A stretch of DNA of 64,000 bases, from assembly GCF_009914755.1 (NCBI RefSeq), contig NC_060925.1; one strand, 5' to 3'. The translations under genes and the position numbers were made by a program. Below, piece by piece: positions 12,738 through 24,512 of the stretch. The notes beneath the pieces were generated by a model that saw nothing but the letters and a program-made list of their open reading frames with translations, had not been told where the DNA came from and made no database searches. The stretch is from the human T2T-CHM13v2.0 reference genome, Homo sapiens. Numbering within the stretch: the first letter of the stretch is position 1; each line of letters opens with the position of its first letter.

Positions 12738-13075
12738 CAAAGGAAATGAAATCAGTATATGGAAGTGATATTTGCCCTCCCATGTTCACTGCAGCATTAT
12801 TTACAGTAACTAAGACGGGATCAACTAAGTATCCATCAACAGAGAAATGGATAAAGAAAAGGTGGTATATATGCACAATGCAATACTATTCGGCCTTTAA
12901 AAAGAAGGAAATCCTGTCATCTGCAACAATGTACATGAACTTGGAGATAGTATGTTAAGTGAAATGAGCCAGGCACAGAAACACAAATAACACATGATCT
13001 CACTTATACGTGGAATCTAAAAAAGTTGGTAGTAGAAGCAGACAGTAAAATGGTGGTGACCAAGGGCAGGAGCTG
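12738..13075 (+). mobile_element. L1M (L1MA/MB-like) ORF2-end/3'UTR fragment
   Basis: 'ccatgttcactgcagcattatt...aatggataaagaaaa...ttaagtgaaatgagccaggcacag...atgatctcacttata'. The ORF at 12746-12958 resembles a decayed L1 ORF2 C-terminus. Confidence 0.85.
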
Positions 13076-13208
13076 GATGGGGAGGCAGCGGGAGGGTTGG
13101 GTGATGTAAAGAAAAAAAAATCGTTAAATAAAAGCTGAAGCTTTTCCCTAAGCTCGTTCTTCTAAGCCAGGCGTGTGCTCCAGTGCTATCAGCCATCAGT
13201 GTACTCAC

Positions 13209-13291
13209 CAAAACCCCAAGGGTCACGACACTGCAGTGCTCATCCTGGAGGTGAGGAGTCCAGGAACCCACTTCTCAAAGATGACCCTTGT
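13209..13291 (-). other. BCL9: BCL9 non-coding 5'UTR exon (83 nt)
   Basis: Acceptor tctttttttcctcgtctag|ACAAGG and donor TTTTG|gtgagt. Confidence 0.85.
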
Positions 13292-15163
13292 CTAGACGAG
13301 GAAAAAAAGAAGTCCTAAGCAGATTTTTAAAAAAATCAACAACATCAATTTGTCAATGAATATCTTAAGAGAAAAACAGGTTTCTTATTTATTCCAGAAT
13401 ATCAGTTTAAGACGAAGCTGTCATCCCCCACACAAATAGAATCAACTCCCAATTTTTGAAGGATTATATCTGATCTGTAGCCAGTTCAAGGCTCTTGTGG
13501 CTTTTCCTCCTTCCCAACTGCACATTTTATTTTCAGAGGCTGGAGAAATATAAACTGCAAATCAAGTTTTCTACTTTTTAGAATTCTGGGAATTTAGTAG
13601 AAAGAAACTCCTCATAATTTTGCTTCTTTCCATTCCTTATTAGTATAGAGATTTGAAAGCTGACTGTAAAGGTGAGAAGAGACAAAATTCCAGATATGTC
13701 TCTGAATTTACAAAGTGAAGATCATTCACAGTTCTCCCTGCTCTCCACCATAACTCTACATCCAGCAAGAACATTTATTTTCATATACTTGTGGGGAACT
13801 TAAGAGCTGAATAATGTGGCCAGATGACTTCCTTTTATTCAGTGCCTACTGTGTGCAAAGTGCGGTACTGAATTGAGCTGGCTAAGTCAATAAAACACTA
13901 AGTACTGGCCAAGCAGAACAATTTCCACCATTAGTCCTTGTAAACTAGAATTATGACACTGAGCCTCCCTCTTTGCCCAGAATTTATAGTTTTGAAGTGG
14001 CAAGGGAGAAGCAAGTTGCAGACTGTCTTAGGGCTAAATTATTTAGGAATCTTTAGAAGGATTCCTAGAGAAGCATGCCATTAAGTTGTTAAATTCACAA
14101 ATTAATCTAACCAAGCTCAGAATCACCTCTATGATTCCAATTTCAACTCTTTCAATGATGCTTTCCCATTTCCCTGCTCTAAGAAGTCCAGTTTATTAGA
14201 ACGATGTCATGTTTAACAAATTTCATTTCTATGCTATGACCACTACTCCATAAAAGGCATAGTATCAAACTTAGAATGTGGAACTAAAAAGCCTCAGGAT
14301 TCCATTCCTAGCTCATTCTTAACTTCTGGCATACCGACTACTAAAAGGCTTCCTCTCAGAAAAAGTACACAATAGGAAAAACCAATCTTTCCCCAACATG
14401 TGGAGAAAGTAAACTATGCAATGGGCATGTAGAGAAAACCTTGGTCCAAGCAAAATATTAATGTACATTTTAGTACTCATGGGGTAAAAATACCTCTGTC
14501 ACCTTTTAATAGCTAACTTTAAGCAAATTAAATTTTATATCAAGCTAAAGATTTTTGACAAAATTCAAGCATTCAAAATGAATTCCAACTATCACCATCT
14601 GGAATAATGGCTACCCAAAATATTATTTCAGCACAGATGTCCCTTCTCTGTGAAATTCTCCTTGATTACCAACTCTCCTCTGTATGTCCTCCATGGCCCC
14701 CGGCATTATAATCACAAACTGTTATAACACAAAACTGTATGTGTAGACACGGAACTCTCTGAGGGCACTGTCATTCCTCCTCTCAGCACCTGATACCTGG
14801 AAGAAACTCAATCAATGCTGTTTGATCCATGTATTATAATGAGCTTGGGGCTTGTGTATTGCTACCTTTACCTTGCATTCACACACAACGATGGTATGAT
14901 AAATACCTGTTTAACTTCTCACCACCTGCCTTTATCCTTGGCCCTATGAAATGAGTTATTGTACAAGTCCCTGCTCACAGAAAGGTGTAACTGCTCTTAT
15001 ATTTTTGACTTGCATTTAGTTTGATGACTTTTGCCTTGAGAATTCTTAGAATAATGAATAAACGTAGTTTTAACTTACAAGAGGCCCTATAGAAACAGAA
15101 ACAAAAATCCAACATATTCAGATTGAATCACAAAAGGAACTGACTTATCAGGATATTCTTTAC

Positions 15164-15298
15164 CTTTCAATATGTCCAATTTGCTATTTCTTCTACATCG
15201 GGACACGGAAGAACTTTCCAAAAATGATCTCTGCCACCCAATCAGATGGGAATGTTTAGGTCAAAGCAGAATGACGCCAACTGGGCCCACATTCAGTC
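15164..15298 (-). other. BCL9: BCL9 non-coding 5'UTR exon (135 nt)
   Basis: Acceptor cttttctttttccttatctgtatag|GACTGA and donor GAAAG|gtaaag. Confidence 0.85.
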
Positions 15299-15774
15299 CT
15301 ATACAGATAAGGAAAAAGAAAAGTTCATACTCCAATTCATGCTGATTCCAAGGAAAACCACCCATTCCCCAGTGCTCTGCAGCCAAAGCAATCTTTGGAA
15401 GAAGAAACAGTAAGAAAACAGTTAGGTCAAAAAGGGAGAAGGAAGGCAAAACCACTAAAACTCAAAATACAAGAAGTCCAAGATAGGGTCACTGCAGCCC
15501 AAATCCATCCCACTGAGGCCTAACCACGCTAATGGATGACTGGGAGTTTAGAAAAGCAAAAGCCACCAGATACAAAAGCCTCATTTTAATCATTGTTTTT
15601 AACATTTTCCACCATCAAAAACAGTCATCACAGGTTGTGAAATGGACTTTTGTTTCATGTCTTCTCTATGCTCCTGTTCTTAGCATAGTGGAGATGCTAA
15701 AAAATACTGCAAAACCTAAAATGCAAGTGGCCATGAGATAATATAACTTTCAAAAATCAGTTGGTCTAGGGTAA

Positions 15775-16262
15775 GAGTTCTTAACTTGGGATCCCACGGA
15801 CTCCCAAGAGGTCTGTGGATAGACCTGGGGGACGGGAAAATGTTTGTGAACCTCCTGGGGAAAGCTCAGATGTTCATTTTGACCAACCTCTAAGTAAAAA
15901 TTTGCATGGCCTTCAATGGCGAATGGAAGTAACCATCCCTGGTATTATTAGCAATTCTGTGACCTTGTCACCAACAGAAACCACAAGACATTTTCATGTC
16001 ACATAGTTGTTGCAGATATCTTGGCATAATATATACACTACTTCAAAAATTACAGTCTCATTAGACCTGCAGCTATATTTTATTATTTAATGTGTTATAA
16101 AGAAACATACTGTTACAATTAATATTTTGATGACTGTTTCCATTTGATTTATAATTCAATGTATTTTATTTTGTGCATTTAAAAAACGTTCTCAGAAGGG
16201 GGTCCTCTGTTTCACTAGATTGCCAAAGGAGCACATGGGACATTATAAGGTTAAGAACCCTG
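15775..16262 (+). mobile_element. hAT-Charlie DNA transposon (Charlie4a-like)
   Basis: Terminal inverted repeats 'gagttcttaac' ... 'ggttaagaaccctg', about 490 nt apart. Confidence 0.7.
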
Positions 16263-16266
16263 ATCT

Positions 16267-16645
<379 letters not shown>

Positions 16646-17566
16646 TCATAGCTGAAGAAAATTAAGCTGCCAGGAAGCCAGGAAACATATCCAAGGCCTC
16701 AGACATTTGGGGTTGGCGTAGCCCATGTTAGTACTCAGCAGCATCTATCTTCCATCTCCATGGGGACCTTTGCTTACATTTCTACAATTGTCATCACTAT
16801 TACTGTCTTGCCACTAAAGGGAGAGAGGCATTACCTTTCAAAACTAATATAAAACAAAAACCCAAACAACAGAACAAGACAGATGTACAAGATACTCCTT
16901 TTTGTTCCTTGATCAAGCACATTACCAAAGCTGAATTTGGTCTGTTAGTAAGACTGTAGTTTTACAGAAATTGGAAGAGTTGGGCTACATAATCTCTCAT
17001 TCTAAGAGATGTTCAGAGCACTTTGCAGTTAGGCATTAACCTGTTAGGCAGAAACGCCATTATGAGTGGTTAGGGCAGGTGGTTTTACTACTTTGTAGAT
17101 GGGAGAACTGGAGAAATATAAGGGATTTGTTCAAAGTCACACATAAGTCAATGGGAGAACGAACTTCCTGATTCTACATCCAAGGCTCTAACTACTGTAC
17201 CAAGTCACCATGAACAAATATTTAGTTTATTATAATGCTTGTGAAACATCTGTATTCTTTTCCCCCCACAAACAAGAGAGCATTTTCTTTTATTCACAGG
17301 AGCAGACACTTCTGAGGAAGCAAGTGACATACACTTGCCTTATACAATGAGAACTCTATGGAAATTGTTCTTTTATCTTTTAGCCAATGACCTCCCTGTC
17401 TATCTACCATCTCTTTTGAAACCATTATCATCTTATATTCAACATGGTTATTAACAAAATGTTTTAATGGTTCAATTCCAAATCTCTAAGTCATAAAACT
17501 TCCAAATCTCATACTCCCATTCCTCATATCAACTTTTCTCAAATTTACATTAAAATTTCTCTTCTA

Positions 17567-17865
17567 GGCCATGCGCAGTGGCTCACACCTGTAATCCCAA
17601 CACTTTGGGAGGCGGAGGCAGGCGGATCACGAGGTCAGGAGTTCCAGACCAGCCTGGCCAACATGGTGAAACCCTGTCTCTACTAAAAATACAAAAATTA
17701 GCTGGGCATGGTGGTGCGTGCCTGTAATCCCAGCTACTGTGGAGGCTAAGGCAGGAGAATTACTTGAACTGGGATGGGGAGGCGGAGGTTGCAGTGAGCT
17801 GAGATCGTGCCACTGCACTCCAGCCTGGGCTACAGAGTGAGACTCCATCTCAAAAAAAAAAAAAA
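17567..17865 (+). mobile_element. Alu (AluS-like), first of a tandem pair
   Basis: Full Alu flanked by AAAATTTCTCTTCTA. Confidence 0.95.
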
Positions 17866-17876
17866 TTTCTCTTCTA

Positions 17877-18232
<356 letters not shown>

Positions 18233-19519
18233 CTAATGGAACCTTCATTGCTCAAAGCATCCTTATGCCATTTAACTAACAGCTCCTCTTATAAACCCAT
18301 CTGTGTCTTTAATAGTTTGGGTGTTTTTCAATAGTGAATAAGGATGTCTTTCTTAAATTTTTATGTAGGGCCTTCACATTATTCACGCAAACATCTCTCC
18401 TTGCTAAAACTTTCCAATCACTAGTATTCAGTAGAAAACACAAAACAGGACAATCATGTTGCACAATTTCCACAAAGGTTCTAAACCCACATGAGTCTTA
18501 CCTCCAACATCCTTTTGCCCCCTCCTCCCATCTCTCAATGATTTTACAATTTATCCTTACTGTCTGTTAGTTCTAATTCATCACTTTGCTCAGTGCACAA
18601 ATCCAAATCTCTGCCCCAAAACGAACATTTAATTCCTGAATATATCAAGTGCTAACTAATACTCCAATACCCATCATTGACCAAAATGTAACTCTTTACA
18701 TAGAAAATCATTTCCCCACTGAAATCACTGCCAGGGATTTACCTATGTTTGCTGTAATCAAAGTCAAATTTTGCATCAATTCTATCCCATCTTACAGACT
18801 CTCCACTAAGAGATAGTTATGTCCATTTCTCTAACTTATCTAGTAACTTTATTAGTCCCCAGCTGGACTCCAATCTAGGCTCTAAGTCTCTCCTATCACT
18901 AAAAACCCATTTTTCCTTCCCCCTCCTTCAGACCTCTTGGAGGACAGATTTCTGGCCTCCTCCTTCATGCTTGGTAGCCTTCCCATAAGGCCCCCAGCAA
19001 TACTATTACAGGCCTCTGGCCCCTCCCTCTCCTTCCCTCTGGACATAATAACCAACCCTGCTGTTGTTTTACTTAGGATATCTCCATTTCACCAGGCTCA
19101 CCCAACACTCATCAGTGACATCTTAATAGTCTTTGCAACTTTCAAAGGCCAGTGACTCAGGCTCCACTTTGGAAATCACTGGTGTGTCCCAAGACCCCCA
19201 CAATGACTCAGTGACCTAGACATCACCAATTCACCTGCTTGGGCCCTTAACTACTCACACATTCTTCCTAGCTTCCACCTCCCCCTACCCTTCAACAAGT
19301 CACTGGCCTGCAAAGTCCCCTTTACCTCTATCCATCTCAGGGGTCTTACAGACCTCATCAAACTCAATCCCAATTCCCTTATTTAGCTCTCCATCTCGCC
19401 CCTCCAACACTCCTGCATCCCAGGACCCTGGGACTGTCCTCACTCTCCTGGTTTAACCTCTCCAAGCACTGCTTGGGACACAACCTTTGAAAAAAAGAAG
19501 AGATGCCCTCTCTCTCCAC

Positions 19520-21080
19520 CGCCCGTGAAGCACCCCCACCTCCCCCCACAGGTTCCTCCAGACTCGCCTCACTAAATCCGCAACCCTGGCCCCCGCCCCT
19601 TTTCTGCCCCCCTCCACCCCGCTCTTCGCGGCTGTGGCTACCCCTGCCCCCAAACCGGCTCAAAACACGCGGACGCGGACCTGGCCCCCACTACCCCCGG
19701 CTCCGGTCCTTCCCCTCCCCCTCCCCCAGGTGCCACTTACCCCGGAGGCAGGAGTGGGGGAGGGGAGAGGAGGTGCGGAGCAGGGAAAGAGGCTTGGGTC
19801 CGGGGCGGCTCTCAGCCCCGCGGGGCCGGGGCCAGCGGCAGCGGCGGCGCAGCGTCTCCCCCCGGCGGCGGCAGCGGCGGCGGCGGCGCCGTCCCACTCC
19901 GGCAAGCACACATAGGCTCCATTGTCCGCCGGCGCCTCCCCCTTTCCGGCTCCCCCCTCCCGGTCCCGCCCCTTCCCTCCCTTCGGCCCTCCCCCGCCGC
20001 ACCGCGCCACGAAAGGTACAGCCGGCCCCGCCTCGGACGCGAGCGGAGGGTGCCCCCTCCCCACCGGCCCGACGTCCCGCCCGCGGGGAACCGGGACCGC
20101 CCCGCCCCGCCTCAGCGTCCGGCCCCGCGACCAGCAAGGGCCCGCCCCTCCAGGGAAAGTCGCTCGTGCCCCTTCAGGGAAAGTCGCTCGTCCCCCTCCC
20201 CAGACGCGCGCGATGGTACCAACCCGCCGCGGCCTCCTCCCGCCCCCAGCTTCCCGCAGGGCCCTGCCCACCAGGCAGCCGCACCTCCCGCCGCCCCGCC
20301 CCCGATATTTTACTACGGGCCCGCCCACCGCCGGCACCACCTCCTGGTTTGCATAGGCACGCCCGCCAGGGCCCGCCCCGGACCGTCACCCGGCTGGAGG
20401 GGACGCCCACTCCCCCCTTAAAGCGGCAGAGCTCTAGTCCCCAACTCCAGAGCCTCCTGAGGGGCCGGCGGGGCGGGAGGTTCGGCACGGGAGGGTCTCC
20501 TCTTCCCGTCCCCTCCTCCCCACGCGCTCACTCTCCCGGACCTTCCCGCCGCCTCGCGCAGTCCTGGGAGCAACCGAGGGGGGCGGGGGGCCAGGAAAGG
20601 CGCGGAGGGGGAAGGGCAGCGTGGAATTTGGCCATCTTTTGACAGAAACGAATTGAAGAGCCGGTCTTTCCCTCACTCTTCCCTGCTGCCCAGGTCCCGG
20701 CCTAGCCCTCAACCTTCAAGGCCACCTCCTCACACCTTCGGGACGCAGTTCCACCCCGCTTTCCTGTCCCTTCTCTCCACCTCTGAGTCTGCACCGCCTG
20801 GGCCATGGCCGGCTTTCTCCCCTCGCAGGAGAGCAGCCCCCACCCAGGACTGCGCTCTCCTCCGCCCTCTGCGAAGTGCAGGAGTCCCGCTGATGCGCCG
20901 GGGGTGCAGGGGTCTCCTTTCACATCCGGCCCAGCCCAGCCTGGCTCAGGCATCGCTGCCTGGTGCCCACAGAGGGAACCTCTGTCCAGGACCTCACGTC
21001 GCTTCACAGCCGGGCTAGCTCCCCTAATTTTTCGGAAGACCTCTGCTCTGAAGGGGTCAAAGCCTGAGTATCCCGGCGCT
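19520..21080. promoter_or_regulatory. CpG island; probable internal/alternative BCL9 promoter
   Basis: Very GC- and CpG-rich, with multiple GC boxes (CCCCGCC/GGGGCGG), a YY1-like GCCATCTTTT at 20631, and minus-strand splice donors within it. Confidence 0.9.
19741..19960 (-). other. BCL9: Probable alternative first exon of BCL9 (5' end approximate)
   Basis: Consensus donor CCGGG|GTAAGT at 19741/19740, followed by intronic G-runs, inside the CpG island and 4.4 kb upstream of the 15298 acceptor. Confidence 0.7.
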
Positions 21081-23365
21081 GTTGTGAGAGGGTAGCCCAT
21101 TAGATTACACTTTTTCTCAGAAGGAAAAAATGACGGCATCATGGTTAGAGCATGTTGCTGAATCAAAGCTCAGATTCGGGCTATTCTGCTCCATCTGTGT
21201 GGCCCCGGTTGCTGCGGTGAACAACCGTTATTATAGATCTGTCTGCTCTGCACCCTCCCCAGAATACACTGTTGTTACACCTCTGTCCTTGTGCCTTGTG
21301 GGGTCTTGATCTAAGTTAGCTGCTTCGGCAACTGTGTGCACTGACCCCGCAGCTCTTCTGGATCCGTTAGGTGAAGACTGCCCATGTTAGAGTGTACTGC
21401 GTGTTCTCCCTGGAGACAGATGGAGGCAATATGGCCAGGAGGACGAGATAAATCTTCTGCTCTTGCTTCTATCACCCATGGTTTTAACCAGGGTACTTAT
21501 TCCTGTGTCAGTTTCCCTTCCTAAAGGAAACCTTCCTTGGGCAACCTTTTAAGGAATGGTGCTAGTTGTAAAGGATGGTCAAGAGAGCCCTAAATGATAA
21601 AGCCGATCTGCTTTCGAAATCATTTAAAACTCTTTAACTGGTCAACGTAAGTTACCATAGCCGCCTCCCCTGCTTAGATCCTATGAAAAACTGTGGCAAG
21701 GTATTTTCTCTTTGTCTTCTGTCATGACTGAGGATATAAATTAAATAAAGAAGAAAGGCAATAGTTGGTATAAACAATATCAAGATCAATTGAAGAATTC
21801 CAAATAGAAAATAATTAAAATGCCTTTTGTCAAGTTTGGGGCATAGAATATTTGATGTAACATAGCTAAGAACCCCTGTAAAAGAAGGCAGGAGGAAAAA
21901 GTCAGGTATGGACTTACGGACTTTTCTTATGGTATTAGAAAAGACAACCAAATCAGCAATATGCAAGAAACATTTGGGATTGCTAATGTAGGTGGAAAGA
22001 AGGAACTCACAGAACTTGTCTATAAGAGAAAACCACTGCCAAAATAAGCTCTGGCCTGGGGGGAATCCCAGACCAGATCACCTCTGCTCAGCAAGCTCAA
22101 AACAAACTCATTAAAACAATAATACACATGTTAAAAGAAAGTCTTAGCCATTTTACTAAGCGTTAAGCCCTCATGCAGCCATTATGTGTCAAAGTTCAAA
22201 ATTATTATTGAATCAGAAGAAAAATGCAAATGAATATTAAACATACGACACTAGGGTAAAAGAATAATACTATTGAGAATCTAAGCACGCTAAAAAGTCA
22301 TGAAATCTAAAGGTTAGAGGTTCCATAGAAATGGTAATTTAGCTACATTGCACATGGGATAGAAATGTGTTTTAAACTAGGATTTATTCTATTAAATAGG
22401 TTATTTTACTAGAATTTTTGCCCTCTGAATTTTCTACCTTGTATGCATTTTCATCTCACTTGAGAAAGAATTCTATTTTGGTGTATAAGGATTTAACACA
22501 CTGTATATACATAAACATTAATGGATAATGAAATGCTTTTTTAAAAGCATCCTATGAATAAGAGCTTCAAACTGGTACTGCTACTCTAGAAATTTTAAGA
22601 TAAGAAATCATTTTTTTACCCAAATGGTAAAATTGCTAAAAATAAAGGATTTTGATGCTAAAGAGACTTGGTTTTGATTTTCTCACTTACTGAAATTTGC
22701 TTCTCATAATGATGAGCACTCACTGTGTTGCAAACATAGATGATGTAAGTTTGACTTCTTAGTTCTTTAGCTAATCATAGCATTTATGTTAGGTTTGCCT
22801 CCAGTTTTTCCACCTGTAAACTCCACTTTCAAGTTGAGGCAACAAGTGCTTTTGTTTCCTCCGTTCTTGATAAACTTAAACCTAAATTTTAGGATTGGAA
22901 GGAATTCCATTCTGTCTTACAGAATGCTAAGGCATAGAAGTTCAATGATTTGCCAAGATTATGCTCAGTTTTAGGGACTAGAATTTGAGTCCAAGACTCC
23001 ACAGCAGTATTCTAAATTCCAATGATTGTTCATTCCTAACAATATTTATTATTGTAGGAGAGAATATGAAAGTCTTCCTCAGAAATGATGAAACCAAGAC
23101 TAACAAAGGTTGAGCCCACTCAGCCAGCTAGTATCAGGGTTATAAGAGGGCTTAACAAATTCTTGCCTTGGTCAAAGCCCTCAGCTTGTCCATGGGCTCC
23201 TGCTGCTTGTACTATTAATATTTATTACCGATTCATCTACCTCATTGTTCACCAAAACTGGTGAATTTCAGCTCCAAAAGAATACTACCAAGAGAGTCAT
23301 TAATAATTGAAAATGATGGGTTAGAATGGAATAGCATCTAACCATTAGAAAGTCAGTCTAATCTC

Positions 23366-23758
<393 letters not shown>

Positions 23759-24369
23759 TTAGGTTTTCCAGGCAAAAGAAACAAATCTCCTTATCCTACC
23801 TTTCACCAGTCTATTGAAGTCAATGGGGGAGTCCCAGAGCTTCATCCCTGGCTGGAAAATTTAAAACTAATTGTCTCCTTCGTTAGGTGGAAATCAATTT
23901 TCCCACCTCCTTTCCTCCTGCAGCTTCACCTGAGGCCCTTGGCATTCGATGAGAGCTTGAGTCTTGTTCTGTGTCACCACATACCTGCTCTTCACAACTT
24001 GAGAATCAGAGTCACCATTCTTAAGAAGCTTTGAAGTGACACTCAGATCCCATAAGAAGGCACCACCAATGCTTCCCCTTTGTTTTCATGCTCAAACCTT
24101 TATGGTTGTGCCTCCTACTCTCATTACTCTACCTTCTAAAATTCAAGTTTTGTGACATTCTCATTTCCTGAGTCCTAAATGATTGACATAATGATCCTGA
24201 TCCTTCCCCACTTTTCCAATTTAACCATTGTCCATCATGCCTTACCAAGGGACAATCTACGTGTTCCACATGCTTTAACCATTTATCTCCAAATCTCTTG
24301 ACCTTCATACCAGTTCTTCACATCCATTCTTAGAATCCCACTTTCCTTTTCTTCCTCAATTTCCACTAA

Positions 24370-24512
24370 TTTATTATTTATTTATTTATTTATTTTTTGT
24401 AGAGATAGTCTCACTATGTTGCCCAGGCTGGTCTCAAATTCCTAGCCTCAAGCAATCCTCCTACCTTGGCCTACCAAAGGGTTAGTATTATAGGCATAAA
24501 CCAGTGAACCCA
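24370..24512 (-). mobile_element. Alu monomer (FLAM-like)
   Basis: Single diverged left arm with a (TTTA)n tail. Confidence 0.8.

Noticed and set aside
12746-12958. 70-aa ORF (and the similar 30287-30514 ORF) resembling a protein C-terminus
   Set aside because: Decayed L1 ORF2 C-terminal remnants.
19379-21166. Many long overlapping ORFs (up to 379 aa) on both strands
   Set aside because: Expected stop-codon depletion in a CpG island; low-complexity Pro/Arg/Gly/Ala products with no recognisable domain.
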